64,000 bases of DNA from Heterodontus francisci (GCF_036365525.1 NC_090393.1:31094764-31158763); one strand, 5' to 3'; shown: positions 11,711 through 25,168, counted from the first letter of the stretch. Notes: a model not told the origin generated them from the letters alone. Numbers and translations: made by a program.

Positions 11711-11959
11711 TTTTTTGCAGAATATAGCAGTGAGGTCTAAACATACTTAGATTATGCTATTGAAGCTATACATTATTTAAAGGTTCTGCTTTGCAACGGC
11801 TTACACGTAAGGGAGTTATAAAATACTGTCTGTGCCATTTATGATATAACTGGTTTAATAACTACGTCTCAAGTAATTATTACGTGTTTTTGACTGGGTC
11901 AGTTTTAAATTTTATTTTCACTAATTATTATACCAGCTTGTTAATAGTTTACTTGGCTT

Positions 11960-12397
11960 TTGTTTTGCTGACCCACATTGGCTCTCAGTTAAGCAACGTG
12001 GTGATTTTAAAATTTTTCATCCTTCTTTTCAATTCTCTCCATGGTCTGGCCCACCATGTCGCTATAATCTCCTCCGACCCCACAACCGTCTGAGATAGCT
12101 GTGCACATATAATTCTGACCTCTTGAGCATCCTCAATTTTAATTGCTCCACGATTGGCAGCTGTGCCTTCAGTTACCTAGGGCCTAAGCTCTGGAATTCC
12201 CACTCTACACTGCTTCATCTCGCTATCTCGCTTTCCTCCTTTAAGAAACTCCTTAAAACCTACCTCTTTGACCAAGCCTTGGGTCATCTGACCTAATATC
12301 TCCTTATGTGGCTCAGTGTCATATTTTAAAATGCCCCTGTGAGGCACCTTGGGATGTTTTATTACATTAAAGGTGCTATACAAATATAAGTTGTTTT
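11960..12397 (+). mobile_element. L2 LINE 3' fragment
   Basis: Homologous to 48340-49120; L2-type tail ending GGTGCTATACAAATATAAGTTGTT. Confidence 0.7.
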
Positions 12398-12614
12398 TAT
12401 CAGTGGTGAGAGAGCGTGAACTAATGAATTCACAAAATTAAATGATGAACTTCATGCAAGTTCGCTCCAGTTGTGCTGCAGCAGTTATTCATGAACTACA
12501 GTGGAAACTTGCAGTGAAGTTTCTTTTGTACAGCTTTGCAGGAAGTTTGCAGGTTTTGCAGCTCTATCTCCAATGAGATGCACTTAACCACACATTGCAT
12601 GTATGCCTCTCCAT

Positions 12615-13200
12615 AAGGAGGTCACAGTTATCCCAATGGAAAGTAAATCACATATATCTCCATTGGCATCTCAATTACATGTATAACTTCATGTGAAGTA
12701 GATTTCAAATGGGAAAGATGATATTTACTCTCACTAAGATGTTGATCACACATAGTAATTAAAATATACCCCCAGTGGGAAGTAGGTGATGACTGAATGT
12801 AATGGATTGCAAATATGCCCATGGAAAATAGGTTGCAAATATCCACATTACAAAATGGATCATACATAGAGGATTACATACATATTCCTCATGGGAAGTA
12901 GATTTAATAGTGGGATGTAAGTATCACCTTCAGCTGCATCAGGACATTGATCATGCATGTATATCCTTAAGCAAAGTAAATACCATAGACCTACATTAGA
13001 AGGCAGATCACACATAAACCTAAACTTCAATGGGAAAATAAAACACACAATCGCCATTGTGATGTAGAGTACACATATTCCACATAGGAAATGATTCGGA
13101 TATATCCTCTGGTATGTAGGACACAATTACCCCAGAGAAGCAGACCACATATATCCCTATTGGGAGGCAGTGTACACCTATAAACTCATGGCCAGTAAAG
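12615..13200. repeat. Highly decayed ~26-28-bp minisatellite, consensus near GATCACATATATCCCCATGGGAAGTA
   Basis: About 20 recurring units with CACATAT..CCC(A)TGGGAAG(T)A cores. Confidence 0.65.
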
Positions 13201-13739
13201 TATATATTTATTTTTGATTCTGTGCAATAGAACTAAACATAAATCTTGCTTATAAGAAGAACAGCATGTTGTTAGCAATTTTACCCACTGAAATGCACGA
13301 GAAATCTATCCATGGAAGTAAAGTTATATTTTATCATCGCCATTATTGTTAGTAAGAGGATAGGCAAAAAAATCTCCAAAATGTTCACATGCTTCTTCAT
13401 TGGAAAGTATAATATATTAATTTACAGCAGTAAATGACACAATCCTTCTGGAATGAAGGGAGAAGAGCTGTTTTCTTTATACTCACTTCAATATCTAGGT
13501 CATCTTGTTGCAGTTTGGTCTTTTCTCAGTACCTTACAGCTTGGTGACAGTTTATGCTTTTAAGAGCATAAACTTGAGTTCTTTTTGCTGTAGTCGGGTA
13601 GCAAGCCCAGGTCTAACAATTACCTCCAATTATGGTAAATTGCTTCCTGGAAAGTAATTAGGATGTTCATTCTGTCTCCTGTCAATTTGGAAACTAGAAA
13701 ATATTCATGACATGTCACTTTGTACAGGTGAAACTATTG

Positions 13740-14783
13740 ACTAGATTTATTTGTAAGGCTGCGTTTGCTGGCAACGCTACCACTAGCAAATGCAGCATGT
13801 GCCACTAAAACTTCACAGTCTGCGACTTCAGGCAGCTGCCAGGATTAAAGATGGCGCTGCTCAAATAATCACACGAAGGCAACCTGACCTAAACACATGG
13901 CAGCACACAATGGCGGGAGGGAGAGAGCGAGCGAGCGAGTGGGCCTGGGACAGGGGGGAGCGGAGCGGGGGAGCCGGCCGGGGACTGGGGGGAGCGGAGC
14001 GCGCTGGGGCCGGGGAGTGGAGCAGGCCAGAGCCGGGGGGTGGGGTGGGAGGGAGTGCAGTGGGCCGGTGAAAGGGGGCGGGGGAGCGGAGCGGGGAGCA
14101 GCCAAAAGAGCGGAGCAGCCAGAGCCAGCACCGAGAGGGGGAGCGGAGTGGCCGGAGAGAGCAGCGAGGGGGGGAGCGGAGCGGCTGAAAGAGCGGAGCA
14201 GCGAGTGGGGGAGCGGAGCGGCCGGAGAGAGCAGCGGGAGGGGGGGGAGCGGAGCGGCCGGAGAGAGCAGCGGGAGGGGGGGGAGTGGAGTGGCCGGAGA
14301 GAGCAGCAGGAGGGGGGGGAGCGGAGCGGAGCGGCCAGAGAGAGCAGCGAGGCGGGGAGCGGAGCGGCCAGAGAGAGCAGCGAGGGAGGGAACGGAGCGG
14401 CCAGAGAGAGCAGCGAGGGAGGGAGGGGAGCGGAGCGGCCAGAGAGAGCAGCGAGGCGGGGAGCGGAGCGGCCAGAGAGAGCAGCGAGGGAGGGAGCGGA
14501 GCGGCCAGAGAGAGCAGCGAGGGAGGGAGCGGAGCTTGATGCACGGGTGAATACCCATTAACGTTGCATTGCTGTACGTGTAAAGCACATGTGCAGAGGC
14601 CGACCAGCACATTGCCCGAAGATGCACACGTCACGCGATGACGTCATCAGCGCATGCGCTAATCAGTCCTGGCAAGTCGGAACACAGCGCACGCGCAGAG
14701 AGCAGGAGCCCGTCTGCGCATGTGCGCACTTTGGCGCAGCCTGATGATGTCAGTGGCCGGCTGCGTTGTCAGGAATCACTTTG
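13740..14783. mobile_element. Putative non-autonomous rolling-circle (Helitron/Helentron-like) element with an internal GC-rich minisatellite
   Basis: ACTAG terminus at 13740; adjacent hairpin GCTGCGTTTGCT...AGCAAATGCAGC (13758-13796); subterminal inverted CTGGCAACGC/GCGTTGTCAG; sharp GC step against AT-rich flanks. Confidence 0.45.
14080..14535. repeat. Purine/GC-rich minisatellite, 33-38-bp unit GAGCGGAGCGGCCAGAGAGAGCAGCGAGGGAGG
   Basis: About a dozen tandem copies; explains the overlapping low-complexity ORFs on both strands. Confidence 0.9.
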
Positions 14784-15895
14784 TATTTGGTTTATAATTA
14801 GAAATAATTCATAGAAACACAGGAAACTGATTAAGGGACCTTTTGCACTAAAAGGTTACTGTTGGTGTGAAGCAGCTTTAGCTTTGCACCAACATTAAAT
14901 TTGTGTATTGTAATCAGATTAACGGCCTGAACTGAATCCGAGGTGAAGCAGGGAGACTACTAATTCCAGTGAGTTCTCATTCGATTTTACCCCAGGGTCA
15001 CTCCAGTTCCTGACTCCAGACTGGCTGCATTTATGCAATAACTACAGCATCAGTGGAAAGAAAGATCACTTTGCAGCAAGTCTACAGTTGTAGCATAAAT
15101 GCCATCATGCAATTTACATTTTAAACAACTGGTTAAAAATGTCTGAAATAAAAAGCAGAAAATGCTAGAAAAGGGAGCTAGTCTGTTAGCTTCTGAAAAG
15201 AGAAAAGTCAGGGGAAAAGGTCAGTTTTTGTCACAATCTGTTTTTTTTTGCTTCCTGCTCCTGATTGCTTTTAATGGAAGGTATACATGTGTGGATATCA
15301 GATGAGGGCAGGGTCAGACTTGGGTGTGAAGTCCTAGATGTTGCCAGCCAGTCAACACTTCTGTGCAGCTGCATGAAGAGCAGTTACATCATTTAGAAAC
15401 TGGAAGACTGTTGATGCCGGTTCCAGTATAAGGCAGTATAAGTCTTATGGAGATAAAGAAAAAAAAATTAACATCCCTCGTACTATTTGCATGCAGGAAA
15501 GGCAGGAAACCTAGCAAAATCTCCACACTTTTGTTTTGAAAAGGTGATTGCTGAATATTTATATTCCACCCAAATATTTCTGAAAGATTGATTTATATAA
15601 GCATGATATTGGCAGTTGCTCTGCCAGATTTTGCAAAGATTATGCTTTTGTTGGCCTTGCTTAAATTAATTCACACGATCATGTGAATGTAAAACATTAA
15701 TTAGGCTTAACTGTAAGAGGTACTTGTTGAGTGCATTGCTGCTTTGACAGCCAAAACGTTTTGTTCCTAGTGAACATAAAATGACAAATAGGAGCAACAA
15801 CGCTTGAATTTATCAATGAATAGCACAGCAATAATATTAATAAGCATTATTATCATTCAAATTTGTTCCCTTTTTATTAATATCATCATCAAAAT

Positions 15896-18160
15896 ATTAG
15901 CATACGAATTAGGAGCAGAAGTAGACCATTTGGCCCCTCTAGCCTGCTCCGCCATTCAATACAATCATGGCTGATCTTTCTGTCTCGAATTCCACACTCC
16001 CATCTACCCCTGATAATCTTTGATTTCCTTGCCTAACAAGAATCTATCTACCTCTGCCTTAAAAATATTCAATGACCCCACCTCCACCACCTTCTGAGGC
16101 AGAGAATTCCAAAGTCGCACAACCCTCTGACAGAAAAGATTTCTCCTTGTCCCTGTCCTAAAAGGGCGACTCCTAATTTTCAAATAGTGCCCCCTAGTTC
16201 TGGACTCACCCACAAGAGGAAATGTCCCCTCCACATTCACCCTGTCAAGACCGTTCAGTATCTTATTTACTTCAATCAAGTCTCCCCTCACTCTTCCAAA
16301 CTCCAGTGAAAACAAGCCCAGTCTGTCCAACCTTTCCTCATAAGACAACCCGCTCATTCCAGGTATCAATCTAGTAAACCTCCTCTGAATCACCTCCAAC
16401 GCATTCACATCCTTCCTTAAATAAAGAGACCAAAACTGCACACAATAGTCGAGACGTGGTCTCACTAATGCCCTGTATAACTGAAGCATAACATCCTTAC
16501 TTTTATTTTCAATTCCTCTCGTAATAAAGGAGAGCATTCCATTAGCCTTCTTTATTACTTGCTGTACCTGCATACTAACTTTTTGTGACTTATACACTAG
16601 AACACCAAGATCCCTCTGGACCTTTGAGTTCTGCAGTCGTTCTCCGTTTAAGTAATACTCTGCTTTTTTATTCTTCCTGCCAAAGTGAAAAACTTCACAT
16701 TTTCCCACATTATACTCCATCTGACAGATTTTTGCCCACTCACTCAACCTATCTATATTGGTCTGCAAGCTTCTTATGTCCTCTTCACAACGTACTTTAC
16801 TACCTATCTTTGTATCATCTGCAAATTTAGCTACCATGCCATCACTCCCCTCATCTAAGTCATTGATATAAATTGTAAAATGTTGAGGCCCCAGCACCGA
16901 CCCTGGCAGCAGTCCACTCGTCACATCCTGCCAATCAGATAGGGATCCATCTATGCATACTCTGTTTTCTGCCAGCCAGCCAATTTTCTATCCATGCTAA
17001 TATGTGACCCACTACACCATGAGCTCCTACTTTGCGCAGTAACCTTTTATGTGGCACCTTGTCAAATGCCTCATGGAAATCCAAGTACAGTATGTCAACG
17101 GGCTCCCCTTTATCCATGGCACATGTTGCTCCTTCAAAGAACTCCAATAAACTGGTTAAAAACTATCTCTCTTTCACAAAGCGATGTTGACTATTCCCTA
17201 TTACCTTGAGTTTTTCTAAGTACCCAGCTATAGCCTCCTTAATGATCAATTCTAACACGTTCCCCGTGACAGATGTCAAGCTAACTGGCCTATAGTTACC
17301 TGTTTTCTGCCTCCCCCCTTCCTGAATAGAGGGGTTATATTTGCTATTTTCGAGTCTGATGGAACCTTTCCAGAATCTAGCAAATTTTGAAAAATTAACA
17401 CCAACGCATCTACTACCTCATTAACCATCTCTTTTAAGACCCTAGGATGAAGCCCATCAGGACCCGGGGACTTTTCAGTCCGCAGTTCCATCAGTTTGGT
17501 CAGTACCGCTTCCCCTGTGATTGTAGTTTCAAGTTCCTCTCTTCCTTCCACCTCCTGATTTACAGCTATTATTGGAATGTTTTTTGTATCCTCTATAGTG
17601 AAGACAGAAGCAAAATATCTGTTCATTTCATCTGGCATTTCCTTATTATCTACTATTAACTCCCCATTCTCACTCTGACCAACACTCACTTTACTTGCTC
17701 TTTTTCTTTTTAAATACTTGTTGAAACTCTTGCTATCTGTTTTTACATTTCTGGCTAGCTTCCTCTCACTCTAATTTCTTCCTCCTGATTAACCTTTTAG
17801 TCATTTTCTGCCGCTCTTGATATTCTGACCAATTATCTGACCTGCCATTCATATGCTTTTTCCTTAAGTTTGATGCTTTCCTTAACTTCGTTAGTTAACC
17901 ACGGATGGTGGGCATAGTTGCCCTTATTTAAGTTTTAAAATACTAGTCTTAGACTCACTCTTCTCTCTTTCAAACAGTAAGTAAAATTCAATCATATTGT
18001 GGTCACTGCTACCTAGAGGTGCCTTTACTCTGAGGTCATTAATTAATCCTATCACATTACACAATACCCTAATATAACCTGCTCTCTGGTTGGTTCCAGA
18101 ATGTGCTGCTCTAGGAAACATCTCGAAAGCATTCTCATCCAGGCTACTATTGCCAATTAA
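15896..18160 (-). mobile_element. Decayed, 5'-truncated CR1 LINE
   Basis: Frameshifted ORF2 pieces containing SDHNMI, KSPGPDG, LDFHEAFDKV, FADD, YCVQFWS; CR1 3'UTR at the left end. Confidence 0.9.
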
Positions 18161-18574
18161 CACTAATGAGAACATTTCATATCAAGGTATTACATGAAAT
18201 GGTTTCACAAAGTAATGCACATTACTCCCTCTTTCTGTCTTCTTTGATCTGGATGTTAACAACCAGTGCAATCTATATGTTCTGGTCTACATACAAATTG
18301 ATTATTTTAGCCTTTTATTTTCTATTTTCCCATTCTATCACACCCTGTAGAGATTTTTTTTTATCTGTCTCTTGATCTATCATGATCAACTTTTCTAGAT
18401 AGTAACAATCCCATCAACTATCCTTGCAATTCCCACAAAATATATTCACAGTTTGTCATTTACCTCATCATATGGAGCTTCATTGCTCCTTTCTCTCCTT
18501 TTGTAGTTCAAGGCCTTCTCATTTGACATTCAACTAATTTTCAGAATATGTCTACCACTGCAATTTAAAAAAAA

Positions 18575-18745
18575 AATCATTCATGGGATGAGGGCATTGC
18601 TGGCTAGGCCAGCATTTATTGCCCATCCCTAATTGCCCTTGAGAAGGCAGTGGTGAGCTGCCTTCTTGAACTGCTGCAGTCCATGTGAGGTAGGTACACC
18701 CACAGTGCTGTTAGGAAGGGAGTTCCAGGATTTTGACCCAGCTTC
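18575..18745 (-). mobile_element. 3' end fragment of a CR1-like family
   Basis: Closely matches the start of 38722-39945. Confidence 0.7.
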
Positions 18746-19072
18746 TAGTCTTTTGCTCACTTCATTGTTCAAAATACAATTATAAAATTACAATAAAACA
18801 AACGCAACTGTTGAACAAATAGAACTCATCATAGTTACTCTGGAAACCATAAAGTTTAATTGTTTAAATCTGACAGAATTAGAGAATTGCTATGGAAAGT
18901 TTTGCAAAGCATATTATTAAAAGACAGAACTATTGAGTTGTTTCAATAAATTCATAAACCACAACAGTAAAATTTGAGCACTTTAGTCATTCCTGAATTT
19001 GATTTATAGCAATTTCCAAGTCAGCAGCTACTCAAATTTTACATATGAGCTAGTGAATAGTGTCGCTAACAG

Positions 19073-20112
19073 TCCATAATAAAAATACTCGTTTTGTTTT
19101 TGTCTGTATGACTATTTTGATTGGTCAGTTTAAGGGGTGTGTGTGTTTATTTGGTGGGCGGTGCCTGGCGCATACGGAGGCATGTTGGATATGTGGAGGA
19201 CTGGAGCATGTGTTACGCATGTGGCTGCCAATAGTTGATGGCAGCAGGATGAACAAAAACAGCCAAGGGGAGCCTAACAACAAAGTTAACCTGGCTGGAG
19301 AGAATGTTTCCATGAGGGATGGAGATGGCATGGGAGGGATGGAACAGGGATGGCATGGGAGGGAGGGAAGGAATGGGATGGGGATGGCATGGAAGGGGTG
19401 GATGAGAAGATGGAATTAGTTAAGTGTGGCAAAATGGCTGAGACAATTATTTGATACAACTTATAATTTGAAAGCTATTCTTTGTGCTAAAAATGAAGTT
19501 TCATCATATTTGAATGAAAAAGTTTTAGAAAGCTGACAGGTGAATTTAAAGAATACATCAGCATTGAATCTATGGACAAAGGAGATGATAACAGGCTATA
19601 CCTTCCACAGTTTCTACACAGCCTAATTTCAATGGGCATGCCTCCACACAAACGTAGACTCAAGAAAGGAGCAGTTTTAATGCTACAAAAATTGAATCCT
19701 GAACAAAGACTTGGTCATGAACCAAGATTAGTTGTTAGGATGCTGTTTTCTTCAATGATAGGTGCTGAAATTATAACAGACAGGTACAGAAATAGAGTGT
19801 TTATTCCTTGAATAATATTGAGCCCATCAGATGTAAAGCTGCCTTTTCAACTCAGGAGAAAACAGTTCCCAAAGAGAATTTCATATTCTATGACTATAAA
19901 TACGTCACAAGGCCAGACTCTTGACAAAATTTGTATATATATTCCTAGGCCTGTTTTTACACATAAACAGCTTTCAGTAGCTCTTTTCCAGTGAGAGGTT
20001 TTGATTCTGTTAAAGTCTTTGGTGAAACAATAACTAGAAATCCTGAATTTAAAGAAGTACTGTTGCAATAAGATAATAATTTGACTGCAAATGGTTAGTG
20101 GGTCTCTGCTAG
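19073..20112 (+). mobile_element. Internally deleted Helitron with a PIF1-type helicase remnant
   Basis: Decayed frames AILCAKNE, MPPHK-RLKKGAVLML-KLNP, RVFIP, F-LRRKQFP-RISYSMTIN-SQGQTL, PVFTH-QL-VAL; 3' end CTAG|T at 20109-20113 with a decayed hairpin; 5' end TCCATAATAAAA. Confidence 0.8.
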
Positions 20113-20211
20113 TATACATAATATTATCCAGAAATACTTTAGGTGTTAGGTAGCAATTGTACTTACAGCCCCTTGAAATGATCCAACACCTATTTAAAAG
20201 CTTGATAGTCC

Positions 20212-20586
20212 ATAGAAACATAGAAAATAGGAGCAGGAGTAGGCCATTCGGCCCTTCGAGCCTGCTCCGCCATTCATTATGATCATGGCTGATCATCCAA
20301 CTCAGTAACCTGTTCCTGCTTTCGCTCCTCACCCTTTGATCTCTTTCGCCCCAAGAGCTATATCTAACTCCTTCTTGAAAACATACAATGTTTTGGCCTC
20401 AATTGCTTTCTGTGGTAGCGAATTCCACAGGCTCACCACTCTCTGGGCAAAGAAATTTCTCCTCATCTCAGTCCTGAAAGGTTTACCCCGTATCCTTAGA
20501 CTATGACCTCTGGTTCTGGACTCCCCCACCATCGGGAACATCCTTCCTGCATCTACCCTGTCAAGTCCTGTTAGAATCTTATAGGT
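20212..20586 (-). mobile_element. CR1 3' fragment, same family as 50306-54862
   Basis: Near-identical to the reverse complement of ~54495-54862. Confidence 0.9.
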
Positions 20587-20594
20587 AGTTAAGG

Positions 20595-23500
20595 TGTCAG
20601 GAAAAACCCTATATGCCAAATGGGACATATTCATGGTTGGACTTTAAATGAAAAAAATCCTGTAATTTAACTGTTTAAAAACTAGCAGCCGAGATGGCCA
20701 CTTCAATTTACCCTTGAAACACCAGGAGATTGGACTGGAGACAAAGAGTCTAACAGAAGCTCAGCCAGAACAATGGCTTACCCTAAGTGATTGAATTACC
20801 TAGAATGGTTTTATCAGCACGGCCGTCAAAGCCCTTCCCACCCATTGGCTTTGAAAGAGCCAACGCCCTCCAAGTGTGGATGGACACCCCGTGGCATGTA
20901 GCACCTTGAATTTCATTAGAAGGTTCCAGAAAAACCTCATTGGAAACAAAGGGGATTGATAGACCCATGTGACTGCCAGCTCATCTCTGAGGAAACGAAA
21001 GTTTTGTGACACAGACAGCAGGCAGACAGTAACTGAAGGTATAGTAGCGAATCTTCTTCTTCTTTGGCCTCCTTGTCTCGAGAGACAATGGGTAAGCGCC
21101 TGGAGGTGGTCAGTGGTTTGTGCAGCAGCGCCTGGAGTGGCTATATAGGCCAATTCTAGAGTGACAGACTCTTCCACAGGTGCTGCAGATAAAATTGGTT
21201 GTCGGGGCTGTTACACAGTTGGCTCTCTCCTTGCACTTCTGTCTTTTTTCCTGCCAACTGCTAAGTCTCTTCGACTCGCCACGCTTTAGCCCTGCCTTTA
21301 TGGCTGCCCGCCAGCTCTGGCGATCGCTGGTAACTGACTCCCACGACTTGTGATCAATGTCACAGGACTTCATGTCGCGTTTGCAGACGCCTTTAAAGCG
21401 GAGACATGGACGGCCGGTGGGTCTGGTACCAGTGACGAGCTCGCTGTACAATGTGTCCTTGGGGATCCTGCCATCTTCCATGTGGCTCACATGGCCAAGC
21501 CATCTCAGGCACCGCTGGCTTAGTAGGGTGTATATGCTGGGGATGTTGGCCACCTCAAGGACTTCTGTGTTGGAGATACGGTCCTGCCACCTGATGCCAA
21601 GGATTCTCCGGAGGCAGCGAAGATGGAATGAATTGAGATGTTGCTCTTGGCTGACGTACGTTGTCCAGGCCTAGCTGCCGTAGAGCAAGGTACTGAGGAC
21701 ACAGGCTTGATACACTTAGACTTTTGTGTTCCGTGTCAGTGCGCCATTTTCCCACACTCTCTTGGCCAGTTTGGACATAGCAGAGGAAGCCTTTCCCAGG
21801 CGCTGTTTAATTCTGCATCGAGAGACAGGTTACTGGTGATAGTTGAGCCTAGGTAGGTGAACTCTTGAACCACTTCCAGAGTGTGGTCGCCGATATTGAT
21901 AAATGGAGCATTTCTGACGTCCTGTCCCATGATGTTCGTTTTCTTGAGGCTGATGGTTAGGCCAAATTCATTGCAGGCAGCCACGAACCTTTCGATGAGT
22001 CTCTGCAGACACTCTTCAGTGCGAGATGTTAATGCAGCATCGTCAGCAAAGAGGAGTTCCCTGATGAGGACTTTCCGTACTTTGGTCTTTGCTTTTAGAT
22101 GGGCAGGGTTGAACAACCTGCCACCTGATCTTGTGTGGAGGAAAATTCCTTCTTCTGAGGACTTGAATGCAGGGAGAAGAAGATCCCAAACAGTGTAGGT
22201 GCGAGAACACAGCCCTGTTTTACGCCACTCAGGATTGGAAAGGGGTCTGTTGAGGTGCCGCTATGCTGAATTGTGCCTTGCATATTGTCATGGAGCGAGG
22301 TGATGATACTTAGTAGCTTTGGTGGGCATCCAAGCTTTTCTAGTAGTCTGAAGAGACCACGTCTGCTGACGAGGTCAAAGGCTTTGGTGAGGTCAGTGAA
22401 AGCAACGTAGAGGGGCATCTGTTGTTCGCGGCATTTCTCCTGTAGCTGGCAAAGGGAGAACAGCATGTCAACGGTGGATCTCTCTGCTCGAAAGCCACAC
22501 TGTGCCTCAGGGTAGACGCGCTCAGCCAGCTTCTGGAGCCTGTTTAAAGCGACTCGAGCGAAGACTTTCCCCACTATGCTGAGCAGGGAGATTCCACGGT
22601 AGTTGTTGCAGTCACCGCGGTCACCCTTGTTCTTATAGAGGGTGATGATATTGGCATCGCGCATGTCCTGTGGTACTGCTCCCTCATCACAGCACAGGCA
22701 AAGCAGTTCGTGCAGAGCTGAAAGTATAGCAGGCTTGGCACTCTTGATGATTTCACGGGTAATGCTGTCCTTCCCAGGGGCTTTTCCGCTGGCTAGAGAA
22801 TCAATGGCATCACTGAGTTCCAATTTTGTTGGCTGTACGTCCAGCTCATCCATGACAAGCAGAGACAGGGTTGCATTGAGGGCGGTCTCAGTGACAACAT
22901 TTTCCCTGGAGTACAGTTCTAGGTAGTGCTCCACCCAGCGGTCCATTTGCTTGCGTTGGTCAGTGATTATCTCCCCTGATTTAGATTTGAGGGGGGCATT
23001 CTTCTTGACGGTTGGCCCAAAAGCTCTCTTAATGCCATCATACATCCCTCTGATATTTCCTGTTTCAGAGGCCAGCTGAATATGACTGCATAGGTGTTGC
23101 CAGTAGTCATTTGCGTAGCGCCTGGCTGTTCTTTGCGCAGCGCTTCTGGCAGCGAATACAACAGCTGCTTCCCCCGTGTCTCTCTCTCTCTTTCCTCGGA
23201 ATATATCAAGAAGACAACCGGCCCCTCCAAGCCTACAGACTGCTACAGCCAGCAATTAGAGGAAGAGAATCAACAACGAAATCTACCTTCAGGAGCCCAG
23301 AGCAAAACACGCTAATCACAGAGCACTTGGACCAGCGAGGACTTCAAGACTACAACTTCAGCCAAGAACTACTGGATTTACAGATTGTATTTAAGTTCCA
23401 TTTATTCCGTACTTTAATCCAATTACCAAATCTGTTTCCCTCTATAATCTGTTTCTGTGTGTGAGACTCTCGGGTGAATGTGTACGTGAACGTGTAGTGT

Positions 23501-23745
23501 ATTTTTAGTATTTTAAATCGGGTTAGAGTGTTAAGTGTAATAAACTTACCTCTTTCTTGTTTAAACTCAAGAAAATCTCTCCGATTGGTTCTTTGTAATC
23601 ACATTAGAGGAAAGGTACAATACTCACTGAGGTGGTAAGTGTAAACACTGTTTTTAAAAAAAAGAAATAAACCCTGTTGCGGTCAAAGAAGTGAAGGGGT
23701 GAGAGGGGAGCCTAAGACCCTCCTCCTCCTCACCTGACCGTAATA
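20595..23745 (+). mobile_element. Solo LTR interrupted by an RTE insertion
   Basis: Termini TGTCAG...CGTAATA; flanks AAGG/ATGG (4-bp TSD, one mismatch); AATAAA near 23540; 3' end homologous to the LTRs at 24130 and 45926. Confidence 0.65.
21053..23150 (-). mobile_element. 5'-truncated RTE-clade LINE, frameshifted
   Basis: NYRGISLL, QCGFR, DLTKAFD, GVKQGCVLAPTLF, LFADDAAL, RWLGHV, C-terminal CSTC..HSR..H zinc finger; (AAG)n tail; TSD AGCGAAT at 21046-21052 and 23151-23157. Confidence 0.93.
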
Positions 23746-24129
23746 ATGGGCTGGATGATTAGTTTCCAGGGAAAGGTAATTTCCATCTAGTTATTTTAAT
23801 TTCCCCCAGCAGAAAACTGTTAGTATTTTCAAAATTTATGATGCAATAAGGAACAAAGAAGTTCAGAAATAAGCTTCTTTAAACGAGTGGTTAAGGACTG
23901 GAATGCACTGCCTGAGAATGTGGCGGAGGCGGGTTCAATTGAAGCATTTTAAAGGGAATTATGAAAAGGAAGAATGTGCAGGGTTATGGGAAGAAGGCAG
24001 CGGTGTGGCACTAGGTGAATTGTTCATTCGGAGAGCCGGTGCAGAAACGATGAGCCGAATGGCCTCCTCCTGCACTGTAACAATTCTGTGATTCTGTAAA
24101 GTTTCGCTGTTTTCATGAAGTGTTCAAAG

Positions 24130-25168
24130 TATTACGATCAGGTGAGGAGGGGTCAAAATACCCTCTTGCCCCTCTCCTTGTTTGACCGCAACAGGGTTTA
24201 TTTCTTTTAAACAGTGGATATGCTTACCAATTCATGAGTGTTTGACCCTTTATGTGCTATGATCATAAAATAATCAATTGGACAGGTTTTCTTGAATTTA
24301 AACAAGAAAGAGGTTAGTTTATTGTACTTAAAACCAAAAACCCGATCAAAGCTAAATAATAAACTATGCTCCAACTTTCACACACACACACATATACATG
24401 AAAATAACATACAGACAAATAGGTTGCGGGGTGGATTAGAGTCTGGAACAATAAAAAAATATACAGCCTGTGGAGTCTGGTAATTCAGTTGTCTTCCGGC
24501 TGAACTCGGTGGTCCTGAAGTTTCTGGCTAGTAGCTGTGGCCAACTGGTTCAGGGTTTTCTTGAAGACAGTGATGCAGATGGTTTTCTTCCCGAGGTCTC
24601 TGAGTGCAGCAATGATAGGCTGGGATGTTTGCAGGCAGGGTTTGAACTTGCAAGATTGCCTGGAGAGAGAGAAAGGGAGACCCCACTTGGGTCCTTCACT
24701 GGTGCTTGTCTGTCTGGAGAGAGAAGGAATAGCTCATTTCACACAGATGGAGAGTCTGTCACATGATGGCCCAGTGTATTCTCTCATTTGCAGCTTACTT
24801 AGATGAAGTCTAAGAATTCCAATCTCTCTCAGATCCCATTGTTTCAGTGTTTACCTTTTGAGTGGTCCGTCTCCATCAGTGTTAATGTTCCAAGATTGCC
24901 TTTAATGTCTTGTTAATGAAGGCAAGGCAGGTAGCCCATTCAAAATTCTCAGGCTATTGTTCTGGTTGGAGATTTACCAGACCGACATCTCCACCTCGAT
25001 AAATTGGTATGTAGGGTATTTAGATGGAAATTACAGTGGCCATCTTAGCTGCTAGCAGTGACCTTTTATTAGTTCTTTGTCTTCCGCTTTCTTTTTAAAG
25101 TTTAATTCAGGTTTCCAACCGATAGATTTTTTAAAAATGATCATTCGGCATTGCATGTATTAATGACA
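24130..25168 (-). mobile_element. Solo LTR
   Basis: Perfect 4-bp TSD AAAG on both sides; minus-strand termini TGTCAT...CGTAATA; homologous to the 3' end of the 20595 LTR. Confidence 0.75.

Noticed and set aside
12615-13200. CRISPR-like repeat-spacer array
   Set aside because: Eukaryotic context, degenerate units and no constant repeat with unique spacers
13790-14634. ORFs of 170-257 aa on both strands
   Set aside because: Stop-poor GC-rich minisatellite giving low-complexity translations
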